IMG/VR virus record: IMGVR_UViG_3300038679_000051
Location: 1-64,000 of that record
Strand: one strand, 5' to 3'
DNA from: a virus
Lineage: Duplodnaviria > Caudoviricetes
DNA: 64,000 nt
The notes below the pieces were generated by a model that was given only the letters and a program-made list of their open reading frames with translations, was not told where the DNA came from and ran no database searches. The position numbers and the translations under genes were made by a program. Below are positions 1-10,264 of the stretch, piece by piece. Position 1 is the first letter of the stretch; each line of letters opens with the position of its first letter.

Positions 1-210
1 AGGGTCCAACAGGACCACAAGGTCATCAGGGTCCAACAGGACCACAAGGTCATCAGGGTCCAACAGGACCACAAGGTCATCAGGGTCCAACAGGACCACA
101 AGGTCATCAGGGTCCAACAGGACCACAAGGTCATCAGGGTCCAACAGGACCACAGGGTTATCAGGGTCCAACAGGACCACAAGGTCATCAGGGTCCAACA
201 GGACCACAGG
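1..210 (+). repeat. 27-nt tandem repeat GGTCCAACAGGACCACAAGGTCATCAG (about 7 copies)
   Basis: Read directly; near-perfect copies with one GYQ variant. Confidence 0.95.
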
Positions 211-359
211 GTAGTATTGGCAGTCAAGGTAGTATTGGTGCCCAAGGTCCACAGGGTCATCAGGGTCCAACAGGCCCACAGAATGTTGCAGGTGCTCAGG
301 GTGCACAAGGTGCTCAGGGTGCACAAGGTTCCACAGGGCCGCAAGCAACGTGGGGATAA
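1..359 (+). CDS. Collagen-like fibre protein, 5'-truncated by the window
   Basis: Frame starting at nt 3 reads (GPTGPQGHQ)n...[16 protein letters not shown] and stops at TAA 357-359; missed by the ORF track. Confidence 0.9.
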   Translation, partial: GPTGPQGHQGPTGPQGHQGPTGPQGHQGPTGPQGHQGPTGPQGHQGPTGPQGYQGPTGPQGHQGPTGPQGSIGSQGSIGAQGPQGHQGPTGPQNVAGAQGAQGAQGAQGSTGPQATWG

Positions 360-362
360 ACG

Positions 363-1337
363 ATGTCATTTTCTTATGCTGATTTTGAAGACATTGTGCC
401 CGGTGATGCGGTCGTCATGCTTGCAGTTCATGGCAATGAACTACGTTCAGCAATTCTTGAACGTGCCGAACTAATTGACTTAGACATCTCGACGATAATC
501 CCAGATGCGTTAGTTCCAGGAGAATCCCCTTTTCTGTATTCTTGGTTGACCGGTATGCGCGATGCCATTGAGGCGATTGTAGATCAGGGGAAATACGGGA
601 TATTACAGCAACAATACGATCCTGTTTGGGTAACGTCTCTTGAAGACATATTGACAGAGGTACATGCTCGATTCAGTGATTGTGGGGAGTCAGATGCTTG
701 GATTTCGGTCGATCAATATGACAAACCGATGGCATCACATATAAGAGAATTGTTTTATGTATGTGAGGCGGTGTCATTTCTGGGTTCAAGTCAAACTACG
801 TATGGTTTATGGGTTGCTACCGGTGGTTCTATTTATTATAATATAGATCAAGGAGAGTGGTTATCGGGGACATCACCATACCATACCACAGACGACATAA
901 ACACATATCGTTATCCGTTACCACCAGATGACGGTAATTTTTATGAAGAACGTGCATACGTAAGTTTAAATATTTATAAACCGTATGAGTTTTCAGGCTC
1001 GCCAGAGACGTTGATGCCGTGTACGGAGATATATATAGGTAACGGCCGTAGTGATCAGTCGAGTGACCCTATGACAATTTATGCGGGTGACGGTTGGTCT
1101 GGAACTGCCGGACAATTTATAGGGGGTGGCAAGGTTGGCTGGTCAGCTTTTTACTCATTAGACGATGTAACGTCGTTCACTTTCTCGTTTGGACCAATAT
1201 GGCCTCAACCTGATTATTCGCACGGTTTAGGATCTGTATTGGAGAATGCGACGACTTATTTTAGTCTTACACCAGATTTTATTGTCAGGCCGACATTTGA
1301 AAGAAATAACGCGTTGTTTGAGTTGAATCCAGAATAG
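363..1337 (+). CDS. Hypothetical protein, probably virion-associated
   Basis: 324-aa ORF 3 nt after the collagen stop; acidic and aromatic-rich. Confidence 0.75.
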   Translation: MSFSYADFEDIVPGDAVVMLAVHGNELRSAILERAELIDLDISTIIPDALVPGESPFLYSWLTGMRDAIEAIVDQGKYGILQQQYDPVWVTSLEDILTEVHARFSDCGESDAWISVDQYDKPMASHIRELFYVCEAVSFLGSSQTTYGLWVATGGSIYYNIDQGEWLSGTSPYHTTDDINTYRYPLPPDDGNFYEERAYVSLNIYKPYEFSGSPETLMPCTEIYIGNGRSDQSSDPMTIYAGDGWSGTAGQFIGGGKVGWSAFYSLDDVTSFTFSFGPIWPQPDYSHGLGSVLENATTYFSLTPDFIVRPTFERNNALFELNPE

Positions 1338-1347
1338 GAGATAAAAC

Positions 1348-1659
1348 ATGTTGCTGAAAAAAGTGCAGCTAGAGGGTGAATTTGAGCACCGCGATCGGAA
1401 TGCTCAAATCATCATTGAGAGTTCGTTAAAGTATGCGCCTGATGTGCGCATACTCGTGCGCCGGGAGCGGATGCTGATGAAAGACGGCAAACCGTATTAT
1501 TCACCGGATCATAGTGAGCGGTACGCCGTGGAAAAGAAATTGAGCGAAATAAAGGACGAAACTGTAACGTTACCGGCCGAGGCCGGCGGGCTTACCCTGA
1601 CGGCCGGGCAGATTGCTTTGGCGATGGAACTACTGACGGATAAATTTGCCAAAAAGTAA
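1348..1659 (+). CDS. Hypothetical protein (locally high GC)
   Basis: AGGAG RBS, 103 aa; nt 1561-1620 are 39/60 GC. Confidence 0.7.
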   Translation: MLLKKVQLEGEFEHRDRNAQIIIESSLKYAPDVRILVRRERMLMKDGKPYYSPDHSERYAVEKKLSEIKDETVTLPAEAGGLTLTAGQIALAMELLTDKFAKK

Positions 1660-1722
1660 ACATTTTTATTACCATTAAAAAATATTTTGTGAGTGATCAC
1701 CTTTTTCAAGGAGACATGTAAA

Positions 1723-2406
1723 ATGCTAGTTGATGAAGCTAAAAAGAAATTGGATGTTTTATCGCTCGAAGACGTGCAGGAGTTGGCTAGAGGTGAATTC
1801 CAGAAGCGCGACATAAACACGCTAGCCGACGTTTGCATTGCGTTAATGGATAAAGAGCAATTGTCCGAATGGGCCATCCCAGCCATCATCAGTGAAGAGA
1901 GACATCATCCCACGAAATGTGGGCGTCTCAATGAACAAGCATTAAAGAAGATGTTTCCTCAATTTGTGATCGAGAATGATCGGGTATATGTCCCACTTGC
2001 ACAAAGCACCGTTGTTGCAAATGAAATGTTTGAGAAAAATTCCGTTCGTTTGGTTTGTGAGGGATATAGTGGTGACGATCTATTGATGAGTGCATTTGGG
2101 CCAATTATTGAAGATGAAACGCGTATGGACAGTAAGGCCGATGCAGCCATGAACATTAAATATTTTAAGACTCTACATCGGGCGTTGAATGAGATGGACC
2201 CACAACGCGATTGGTTCATAGACGTACATTGGAAGGAGCCACTCCCTAATGGGGAATGGAAGGAATTTGCAGCTTATGGTCCATTGAACAAACAATTCTT
2301 CGAATTTTTAGAACAACATTGGAAGCATTGGCAGGATAAAGCGAATGCGTACGTGCATTTGCGGGAGATACATCGTCATTCAAAAGGCAATGAGATCTCC
2401 TGGTAA
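1723..2406 (+). CDS. Hypothetical protein
   Basis: AAGGAG upstream of ATG 1723, in frame with ORF 1693-2406. Confidence 0.75.
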   Translation: MLVDEAKKKLDVLSLEDVQELARGEFQKRDINTLADVCIALMDKEQLSEWAIPAIISEERHHPTKCGRLNEQALKKMFPQFVIENDRVYVPLAQSTVVANEMFEKNSVRLVCEGYSGDDLLMSAFGPIIEDETRMDSKADAAMNIKYFKTLHRALNEMDPQRDWFIDVHWKEPLPNGEWKEFAAYGPLNKQFFEFLEQHWKHWQDKANAYVHLREIHRHSKGNEISW

Positions 2407-2416
2407 GGGGGCATAG

Positions 2417-2617
2417 ATGAAGTTATATGAATTGATTGGGTATGTTAGAAACGTGCAGAAGAGAAAAAAGGAGGTCAACTGTCATGGCCATGATGATCCG
2501 GCGAAAAGATGGATGGATGTAATGGCAAAACCACAGATCAACGTTTCGTCACCACATCACGTTTCCAATCTGGTCGCACCAAACCCAATGAGGCCAACTG
2601 GGAGGTTTGTGAGATGA
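2417..2617 (+). CDS. Small hypothetical protein
   Basis: AAGGGGG RBS; ATGA-type overlap with the next gene. Confidence 0.55.
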   Translation: MKLYELIGYVRNVQKRKKEVNCHGHDDPAKRWMDVMAKPQINVSSPHHVSNLVAPNPMRPTGRFVR

Positions 2618-3426
2618 ATTATCGACTTGGTTGGCGTCCAGACGTTCCGGACATACGCGATTACATCCCCGAAACGTTTGCTAAAGATGATCGTCTGAAA
2701 TGCGTCGGTCTACATGAGAATGAATCATTGCCAAAGTTCGTCGATTTGCGGCAATGGTGCCCACCAATCCAAGATCAGAAGAGCTTAGGCAGTTGTACAG
2801 CCCAAGCTGGATGTGGCATGTATGAATATTTCGAACGTAAATCGTTTGGAAAATTTATACCGCATTCTCGTTTATTTCTCTATAAAGTGACTAGAAATCT
2901 TATGAAGGAGACTGGTGACAATGGTGCGATGTTGCGTACCACCATGCAGGCGATGGCGACGTTTGGCGTATGTCCTGAAGAATATTGGTTATATGACCTT
3001 TCAAAATTCGACGTGGAACCATCACAATTCTGTTATGCATTTGCGCAGAATTTCCAGGCTCTGAAATATTTCAGATTAGACGCCCCTAATAATACTAGAG
3101 CTGACGTATTACATAGAGTTAAAGAATATCTGTCTCGTGGGTATGCCGTAATGTTTGGATTTTCAGTTTATGATTCAATTCAGCGGATGGTCAATGGGGT
3201 GATTCCATTCCCATCTCGACATGATTTATTACAGGGCGGCCATGCCGTTTGTTCAGTTGGGTACGATGATGACAAGGATGCACTGTTGATTCGTAACAGT
3301 TGGGGTACGTCGTGGGGCGATGGTGGTTATGGGTGGTTGCCCTATCAATATGTGTTGAGCGACCTAGCTGATGATTTCTGGTCCATGACTTCCGCTGAAT
3401 TTCTAGATAGCGGGCAATTTTCATAG
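2614..3426 (+). CDS. Papain-family (C1A) cysteine peptidase
   Basis: QDQKSLGSCT (Gln/Cys), GGHAVCSVGY (His), IRNSWG (Asn); GGAGG RBS before ATG 2614. Confidence 0.93.
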   Translation: MNYRLGWRPDVPDIRDYIPETFAKDDRLKCVGLHENESLPKFVDLRQWCPPIQDQKSLGSCTAQAGCGMYEYFERKSFGKFIPHSRLFLYKVTRNLMKETGDNGAMLRTTMQAMATFGVCPEEYWLYDLSKFDVEPSQFCYAFAQNFQALKYFRLDAPNNTRADVLHRVKEYLSRGYAVMFGFSVYDSIQRMVNGVIPFPSRHDLLQGGHAVCSVGYDDDKDALLIRNSWGTSWGDGGYGWLPYQYVLSDLADDFWSMTSAEFLDSGQFS

Positions 3427-3429
3427 GAG

Positions 3430-5415
3430 ATGGAAATGAGTGATTTTTCAAAGCAATTGAACGACAAATTAGTTTTCGAAGCTAAAGACATGATGGATCT
3501 TGGCGACCTAGGTGATGCCACAAAGGTAGAGAAATTATCCAAAATCGCTAAGAAAACTGCCGATGAAATTAAGGATTATGACGTAGACCCTGCGTTGGAT
3601 CAATGGACGTTACCTGAAGGTAGAACTACGGCAGACATTAAAAAGACATATTTGCCAATCTATTGGGTAGAAGGCGACGATGCATTTGTAAGTAAATGGA
3701 ACATGAATCCTACTGATCGAGTTAAGAAGAAAACCGAATTAATAAAACAAGGCGAACAAGAATCGACTGACAATTGGACGGTTGAAGAAGTAGTGATGGC
3801 ATGCATGCCATTTATCAAGAAATGGGCAAGAAGATATGCAGGTCACAATTTTGAAATCGATGATGCCATATCAGAGGGGATGGCGGCAGTGATTGATTCT
3901 ATAAGATTGGATAAAGGGACGACGCCATTCGGATTATATGCAGCTACGCATATTAGAGACCACATAAAAGACAAAGCAATGGATTCGGGACTGGTACGGG
4001 TGCCGCCGAAGGAATATGCAGCTAGTAAGGTTAGGGCTGAGAAATTAGCCAACGATAAGATAGCGGAATTGGAAAAAGTGAATGAACGCCCGTTATCGGA
4101 CGATGAAAAGAGAGAAATTCGCAAACATTATAATCGACAAGAGTTAAGGGGCGGTATGAGCAGTAAAGGATATGGGGTGCAATCACTTAGTACGCCGACT
4201 GGCGAAGAAGGAGAAGGAACCATATCGGACATCATACCAGGCTCTGCTGCAGAACGTCAATTTGGTGCTACTGAGAAAGGATTAGAAAGAGGCGATTTGG
4301 CTGCTTCGTCGATCCCTCTAAGTGCAGAGAGGATTGAAGAACTGCAATATAGTAGAGAACTCATTGACAAGGCATTTAATCTCGCAAACCTTAATCCGAC
4401 CGAAAGAGAAATCATCAAAATGTCTTATGGCATTACGGACGATGATTTATTTGATGTCGAACGAAGTGAGGAAGACATAGAAAAAGATGTGGAAGGGGAA
4501 GTGACTGGTAAAAGGACATTAGACGTCCCAATTACATATAGGACGTTGAAACAGAGACATACAATGTCCAATGATGAAATTGCAAGAGAATTAAAGAAAA
4601 AGAACAAAAAACTTACAGTCCATCGATTGGGTAAGTATAAGGGTAAACAGACATTAATGCCAAAAGAAATGACCCCAAGTGAAGATTTCGTTGCAGAAGT
4701 GAAGAAAATAGCATTAGGTAAATTAGTTAAAGCAGCAGAAAAATTGAAGAGACAGGATGAATTACCTCCGCGCAGTAGGACGTCACCGGAGGCAGAAAAA
4801 ACCGCCGAATTATATAAAAGGATTGCACACGAGAAGACGCCGCTTGAAAAATGGAAAAAGCTTGAGGATGAACCAGAAATTAAAAAACCAGAAGCACCAA
4901 CGATGCCCAAAAAACACAAAGATGACGTGGAAAGCATGTTGTCATTGAATCCAGAATTGAGATCGATGACGCCAGAAATGCGGAAGAAATATCTCGAATT
5001 GCGATCGAAAATGCAGGACATAAGTCTTGCGTCTGATGAACCTGAATCCGAACCAGAGGAACCAGAGGAGCCAAAGAAAAGTGGCATCCCTGCGGGATTA
5101 CCTCCTGAATTGGCTGCAGCATTGAAAATGGCAAAAAAGGACGTTAAATCTGAGGCGCATGACCAAATATATCGGGTGATTTCAGAGATCATTGGATTAA
5201 ATGATGAATCAGATTTAATGCGAGACGTGATGGATATTGCTGGATTGACATTAGAAGAAGGTAGAATAATTAAATCAGAGGAAACGAATGATGAACGGAA
5301 CGGCATGATTATAAATAAATTAATTGAAGCGGTCGAAGTGATTGGTTCGGTCGGTGGTAAATATGTTCAGATGCGTAGGATCATGATTGAAATGGTTCAG
5401 AGATTGTCAAAATAA
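3430..5415 (+). CDS. Sigma-70-like factor with long extensions and insertions
   Basis: Region-2-like PFIKKWARRY..EIDDAISEGMAAVIDSIRLDKGTTPFGLYAATHIRDHI; region-4-like LNPTEREIIKMSYGI..SNDEIAREL. Confidence 0.8.
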   Translation: MEMSDFSKQLNDKLVFEAKDMMDLGDLGDATKVEKLSKIAKKTADEIKDYDVDPALDQWTLPEGRTTADIKKTYLPIYWVEGDDAFVSKWNMNPTDRVKKKTELIKQGEQESTDNWTVEEVVMACMPFIKKWARRYAGHNFEIDDAISEGMAAVIDSIRLDKGTTPFGLYAATHIRDHIKDKAMDSGLVRVPPKEYAASKVRAEKLANDKIAELEKVNERPLSDDEKREIRKHYNRQELRGGMSSKGYGVQSLSTPTGEEGEGTISDIIPGSAAERQFGATEKGLERGDLAASSIPLSAERIEELQYSRELIDKAFNLANLNPTEREIIKMSYGITDDDLFDVERSEEDIEKDVEGEVTGKRTLDVPITYRTLKQRHTMSNDEIARELKKKNKKLTVHRLGKYKGKQTLMPKEMTPSEDFVAEVKKIALGKLVKAAEKLKRQDELPPRSRTSPEAEKTAELYKRIAHEKTPLEKWKKLEDEPEIKKPEAPTMPKKHKDDVESMLSLNPELRSMTPEMRKKYLELRSKMQDISLASDEPESEPEEPEEPKKSGIPAGLPPELAAALKMAKKDVKSEAHDQIYRVISEIIGLNDESDLMRDVMDIAGLTLEEGRIIKSEETNDERNGMIINKLIEAVEVIGSVGGKYVQMRRIMIEMVQRLSK

Positions 5416-5424
5416 TATTGGAGA

Positions 5425-5712
5425 ATGAAATTGGGAACGCCGTTGGAAGATGCCATTACGAAAAGATATGCTACGCTGGGATTTGCCCATACCATGGTAG
5501 GTGGGAATCCACATCAATTTATCGAATTATATGGTGGGAAACTCGTTGAAATGGTTGCACATCAACCCAGTGCGTCTACTTTTAGAGATGAATATTATTA
5601 CAATACGATGGAAAATCAGTTATATAAGAAAAACAACAATCCGCCACGATGGGTTAGAATAAGTGACGTCGTCATGTCTGATGACGGTATGAAGGATGTT
5701 GGAAGCGCATAA
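5425..5712 (+). CDS. Hypothetical protein
   Basis: GGAGA RBS, 95 aa, in operon. Confidence 0.7.
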   Translation: MKLGTPLEDAITKRYATLGFAHTMVGGNPHQFIELYGGKLVEMVAHQPSASTFRDEYYYNTMENQLYKKNNNPPRWVRISDVVMSDDGMKDVGSA

Positions 5713-5746
5713 AGACCAAAAATAAGTAAAGAAAAGGAGAAATGAA

Positions 5747-8209
5747 ATGACCAATTACAGAATCCCAGCAGTAAGTGGGTTGGTGGATCAACAATGGGTT
5801 GAAGTCATAGGACCGGATGGACTCACCACCTCCTTTTCATATGATGCCGAATCAAAATCATTATATATTAAAGAGTCCCAAATCATCATTCCACCATTCC
5901 ACGGTGGGATGCATGTCACGTCTGATCCCATACCAGAGGCGACTTGTGATCTCAAGGGCTTAATGTCTGCCGATGATAAATGCAAATTAGATGCAGTCAC
6001 ACAGACTAGACTCGGCGTTCTAGGTTTCCAAGGTAGTGGATTCCCAGATGATGGTGGTTGGATGACCGGTGACATAATGCTTGCTGCCGGTACGGAGTTC
6101 ATTTCTTTAGAACGCATTGGCAACGTCATTCGGTTTACCGTCGATTCGCCGTTGCCGCTGGCTTGTGATTGTGAAGAATGTTATCAAATATTCTGGCAGC
6201 AAGATGAGTCAGACGTTGCTGCAATACGCCCACCGTCATGTAATGGTAAACTACCTGGCGTCAATGCTTATGGTGAAGTGAAATTTTATTTAATGCCAGA
6301 GACGGCAATATTGGATACGACTAAGCCATTGTCATTGTTGAATCAGAAGGGCAAATATCCCTCGCTGATTTTCAAACGATACGATGATGCCATAACGCCT
6401 GGATCAGGCGAACTAGACATCGTTTTAAAGCGGCGGGCTAATTTAGCCACGCAAATCGGTTGGTCATTTACTCCTGGTGCGAGTGGAGTGCCACAATGTG
6501 TGTGGACGCTCGGTGACGATTCCCAAGGTAATGAACGACGATTCGAATTCAGGCCGCAATCTGATCCTGGTTTGTTAGGCGAGCTTTTATATAAAGGCCA
6601 TTTATTGACCAAACAAATGGCCGTCATCGTCGGCTATGATGCTACCGTGTTGTCTACCAATCAATATAAGGCACGTTATTGGGACGTCAAAAATGCCGTC
6701 CCGATTGGTGATCAATTCACGGCAACTAACGTTTGGCGTTATGAAAATCCAGAAAATCAATGTACGGCAGTGGTCAACCCTAAGGTATTGACTGTTGACG
6801 GTTCACAAGACATCCTACCGACCGGTACGTTGGTTTCTCTCTGGGAGTACAAGGTCGGCGGCTCAAGCCAACCAATTCGCCGCCGATTTTTTAGTCAACG
6901 ACCACCGTTGAATGCCGGTTCGTTGTGGGCTATGACTGATGCCATTAAATTTGGTGATTTATTGGTGGCACGCGAAGAATTACCAGAAGGTGATTCAGCA
7001 GAACTTTCCGCTAGTGATGTTGGCGTTGCCGACATTAGACTAATTGAGCGCACCATTTGGGGCTTGACTGGTTTTGAGGATCGTTTAATCTTGTCAGATG
7101 ACGGTGAAGAACATGAACCGTCTGGCATGGTATTGAATCAGCAAGCTGTAGCTGATATTGATTATTCTTTACCGGGTATGCGCGTGCATACCATCGATCC
7201 AGAGGCAGTTGTTGAGCGGCCAGTATTCCTGTGGACGCGTAGAAATCATAGAAATGCATACGTTAAGGCATTGATAGGCATGCCAACTAGAAGCGATTTT
7301 CCACCATATGACATATTGCTCCGTGCACCAGTCGACAGTTTTGATGACGTATATATGAGGGTCACTCATCGTGGCACGTTCACTACTGGTCCATTTGCTG
7401 GTAGCAATTATATAGTAGTTAAGGGACAACACTGGCGTGACGTGCCCTCATCAGGAACGTTGCGACACCTGACGCCGGATCATTTAGGCCAATTGTGGAA
7501 ATATTATTTCAAGGCAGCTTTCTCCTATACCGACGACGATGGCATAACTTTAATTGGCGGTTCCGAGCCATTTCCTTTTGATTATGGAACTGCTGGAACT
7601 AGCGTGCCAAATGAACCAATCACCGTACAATTACTACATCATGATTATAACGCTCCATGCGTCCGCGTTGAATTTTCAGTTGATGAGACGACTGATGCAA
7701 ATTCAGTGCAACTGCAGTTTAAGGTCGGCATACTCGACATGTCAGAACGATATGAATTGAACAAAAGTCTGGAAAGCAAGGATGATTTGGTCCGTGGTTT
7801 GATGCCAGGTTATTGCGTCAGTAAAGTGATGACGCAAGATGGGTTCATCATTCATGGTGATGAAAAACCAGCCTCTGATCCACTTGGTTTCAAAGTCTAT
7901 AAAGGTGGATATCTGACCATACCGATCCAAGGACAAAGTGAGATTTGGAACACGCTTGAAATAATGTATAGAGATTCGCAAGTGTGGATATGGTGGAATG
8001 GGTTGCTTGTTCCGGCTGATGCAGCTGCCTCTGCTGCTTTACCGCACCCTGTCGTAGCTAATACTCCTTATTTTCCATTGATTTCTAATGTAGAAATTGG
8101 AAAGGTCGCTCTTCGAATGTTTCCAGATGCTACAATAAGAAAATTAGAGGTGAGTGATCAGTGTGCACAACACAATGAATATCAATATGGTCAAATCAAT
8201 TTAGTATAA
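5747..8209 (+). CDS. Putative tail/fibre structural protein
   Basis: 820 aa; AT..GLMS..DK.KLD fibre motif (ATCDLKGLMSADDKCKLD); beta-rich. Confidence 0.75.
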   Translation: MTNYRIPAVSGLVDQQWVEVIGPDGLTTSFSYDAESKSLYIKESQIIIPPFHGGMHVTSDPIPEATCDLKGLMSADDKCKLDAVTQTRLGVLGFQGSGFPDDGGWMTGDIMLAAGTEFISLERIGNVIRFTVDSPLPLACDCEECYQIFWQQDESDVAAIRPPSCNGKLPGVNAYGEVKFYLMPETAILDTTKPLSLLNQKGKYPSLIFKRYDDAITPGSGELDIVLKRRANLATQIGWSFTPGASGVPQCVWTLGDDSQGNERRFEFRPQSDPGLLGELLYKGHLLTKQMAVIVGYDATVLSTNQYKARYWDVKNAVPIGDQFTATNVWRYENPENQCTAVVNPKVLTVDGSQDILPTGTLVSLWEYKVGGSSQPIRRRFFSQRPPLNAGSLWAMTDAIKFGDLLVAREELPEGDSAELSASDVGVADIRLIERTIWGLTGFEDRLILSDDGEEHEPSGMVLNQQAVADIDYSLPGMRVHTIDPEAVVERPVFLWTRRNHRNAYVKALIGMPTRSDFPPYDILLRAPVDSFDDVYMRVTHRGTFTTGPFAGSNYIVVKGQHWRDVPSSGTLRHLTPDHLGQLWKYYFKAAFSYTDDDGITLIGGSEPFPFDYGTAGTSVPNEPITVQLLHHDYNAPCVRVEFSVDETTDANSVQLQFKVGILDMSERYELNKSLESKDDLVRGLMPGYCVSKVMTQDGFIIHGDEKPASDPLGFKVYKGGYLTIPIQGQSEIWNTLEIMYRDSQVWIWWNGLLVPADAAASAALPHPVVANTPYFPLISNVEIGKVALRMFPDATIRKLEVSDQCAQHNEYQYGQINLV

Positions 8210-8224
8210 TTTGCGGCATTTGCA

Positions 8225-8377
8225 TCATCCAATTCTTTTACCACAAAATGGACAATATTTCATCTTGCTGATTTCTTCTAGAAAACGTACATGAAGTTCT
8301 TTCCCACAAGCGAACGACATTGCGTCATTGCGTATTTTGACCATGCATTTCTTTTGTTTCAATTTTTCATCACTCAT
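8225..8377 (-). CDS. Small Zn-ribbon protein
   Basis: Translated by hand: MSDEKLKQKKC...CGKELH...KYCPFCGKRIG; GGGGGTAAGGA upstream. Confidence 0.6.
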   Translation of the reverse strand: MSDEKLKQKKCMVKIRNDAMSFACGKELHVRFLEEISKMKYCPFCGKRIG

Positions 8378-8380
8378 TCC

Positions 8381-8662
8381 TTACCCCCTTTCGTCGTCGC
8401 ACGTTCCGGGAAGATTCTCCCTGGTCCTAAATATCTTTGGTTTCCATAACGATACATCTTCGCATACTATTTCTTCTACATTGGTGTCCCTATTCTTGAT
8501 TTTCAGTTGTTCCAAATGATACCTCAAGCATCTTGCAGCAAACCCATGCCCGCTAAAATATCCATGATGCCCTTTGCCAAACTGGTCTTCCCCGAACACC
8601 AAGAAATCTTTTATAACTTTTTCAATCTCGTGCTTGTGAAAAGTTTCGTTAAACATTTTCAA
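8381..8662 (-). CDS. Hypothetical protein
   Basis: ORF track; fits the - strand gene run. Confidence 0.65.
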   Translation of the reverse strand: MKMFNETFHKHEIEKVIKDFLVFGEDQFGKGHHGYFSGHGFAARCLRYHLEQLKIKNRDTNVEEIVCEDVSLWKPKIFRTRENLPGTCDDERG

Positions 8663-9026
8663 TCCTTTCTTGGTCTAGCAAAACTTGGTCGGCCTCTTCC
8701 ACTGCATGCAACCTTGCTTTTTCGGCATCCTCTTCTGCGTACTTTGCCGCCAACAAAAACAATTCTCTGCTTCTTTGAGAAATTGCACGTGCCAAGTATT
8801 TACCAAGTTTATTACTTATTGCCGAATGACCTGTAGTATTGGTGGCAGGGTAGAAACGCACGGATAATGTTGAACTTCCATAGTAACCATATGAGGTGTT
8901 AATAGAAAATTTCATTGTGTCCTCGAACGCGTCAAAGTCATTGTCTTCACCCAATACACAAATAACTCTACGCTTTACATTCTTAGCGGTCAGCTTTGCT
9001 TCTATGTAGTCTTCGATCTTGTTCAT
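8649..9026 (-). CDS. Hypothetical protein
   Basis: Start trimmed to ATG 9026 (ATGA overlap with upstream gene). Confidence 0.7.
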   Translation of the reverse strand: MNKIEDYIEAKLTAKNVKRRVICVLGEDNDFDAFEDTMKFSINTSYGYYGSSTLSVRFYPATNTTGHSAISNKLGKYLARAISQRSRELFLLAAKYAEEDAEKARLHAVEEADQVLLDQERIENV

Positions 9027-9217
9027 CCCCCCCGGCTCCTTTCTCTTTCCGTTCCATGCATTTGTATCCGCTGGACGTACTCGTTCCTTACTTCGCTCCA
9101 AACCATATCGTGTGCTGCCATCATATGATGATTCAATCGCCTGTGTGGTTCTTTACGTTGGTGCATCTTGCAGATCGGACACTTCCATGAAAAATTAAAG
9201 CGACCGATGTCACTCAT
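9023..9217 (-). CDS. Small C2H2-like Zn-finger protein
   Basis: CPIC...HHMMAAH; strong RBS. Confidence 0.6.
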   Translation of the reverse strand: MSDIGRFNFSWKCPICKMHQRKEPHRRLNHHMMAAHDMVWSEVRNEYVQRIQMHGTERERSRGG

Positions 9218-9313
9218 TCCTTACCCCCTTTCAACCATTCCCACAAACATATGATCAAAACTCCAACGAGGAGGATGATCAAAATGATGTCCTTTATAGT
9301 AAAAATTATCATT

Positions 9314-9568
9314 TCACTGGTGCTTTCTTTTGTCCCACTGCGGACATGCGGTAGCATGATTTTCTACCCAGCGCGGCGATTTAAGCAACCCTACCGCGCA
9401 GGTGTTCCACACCTTTCCCGTATCCGCGACTACTGTGCCGTGATGCATGCATGTCTCACATGATCGCGAGGCTGGGTTAGAATGACATTCCAACTCATGC
9501 TGTAGACATTCCTCGGCGGTATCGCCGTGATCCGTTTCACACCATTTACATTCATATCTTACTCGCAT
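9314..9568 (-). CDS. Cys-rich Zn-binding hypothetical protein
   Basis: CKWC..HELEC..CETC..C; GGAG RBS before ATG 9568. Confidence 0.65.
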   Translation of the reverse strand: MRVRYECKWCETDHGDTAEECLQHELECHSNPASRSCETCMHHGTVVADTGKVWNTCAVGLLKSPRWVENHATACPQWDKRKHQ

Positions 9569-9942
9569 GTTCTCTCCTTGTTCGACTGAGGCTTGAGTTC
9601 CTCGGTGATCTTCCGTGCTTCTGTACGCCATCGTTCGACTTCCTGTTTACAATGCTCACTATGGTCCCATTTCTTAGTTGGGACTTCAATTGGTAAATCG
9701 GGATTGTCCAGCAATGCCCATTCAAGTGAGCATGTGACAATTCTTACTTTTTTGCCTTCTCGACGGAGACGACCACCTATAATTAAACCATTTTCATTTT
9801 TGATCAATTCCTCACAGGCTCCGTCGTGATATGCGGGTATTCTCTCTACACATAAGATCGCTTCGTTCCCTGGACATACGACTTGTTCTTCACCAGTTGG
9901 GTCCGACCGTTGAAGTTCAGCAATCAATTCTTTCGTCGTCAT
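9559..9942 (-). CDS. Hypothetical protein
   Basis: MTTKELIAELQ start after GAGGGG. Confidence 0.7.
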   Translation of the reverse strand: MTTKELIAELQRSDPTGEEQVVCPGNEAILCVERIPAYHDGACEELIKNENGLIIGGRLRREGKKVRIVTCSLEWALLDNPDLPIEVPTKKWDHSEHCKQEVERWRTEARKITEELKPQSNKERTCE

Positions 9943-9955
9943 TTTACACCCCTCA

Positions 9956-10264
9956 TTATTTATCGACATTGTCTTCTTTAGATTGTTTTGCTTGGATGGC
10001 AGCTTTTTGACCACCCTGACTCTGACGAAAACGCGTATATATCGGTTTAATGACTCGCCGTTTACATTGCGCGATCATTTCCGATAAATGTTCTAGACCT
10101 TCCTGAATTGTGACCAATGAATCCATATTTAGATTGTAAATGGTCTTCTGGTCAGCAAGTTTCTTAGAGAAAGCTTCAACTGCAGTTGAAGCTATGGCCA
10201 ACCCCTTCAGCGTCTCTTGGTCTATTGCCGGATCACCAATTTTTGACATGTTCAAATCCCCCAA
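9956..10264 (-). CDS. Hypothetical coiled-coil protein
   Basis: ORF track. Confidence 0.6.
   Translation of the reverse strand: MGDLNMSKIGDPAIDQETLKGLAIASTAVEAFSKKLADQKTIYNLNMDSLVTIQEGLEHLSEMIAQCKRRVIKPIYTRFRQSQGGQKAAIQAKQSKEDNVDK

Noticed and set aside
4425-5306. 293-aa antisense ORF, and other shadow ORFs opposite long genes
   Set aside because: Mirror images of Glu/Lys-rich real genes, with no motifs or RBS
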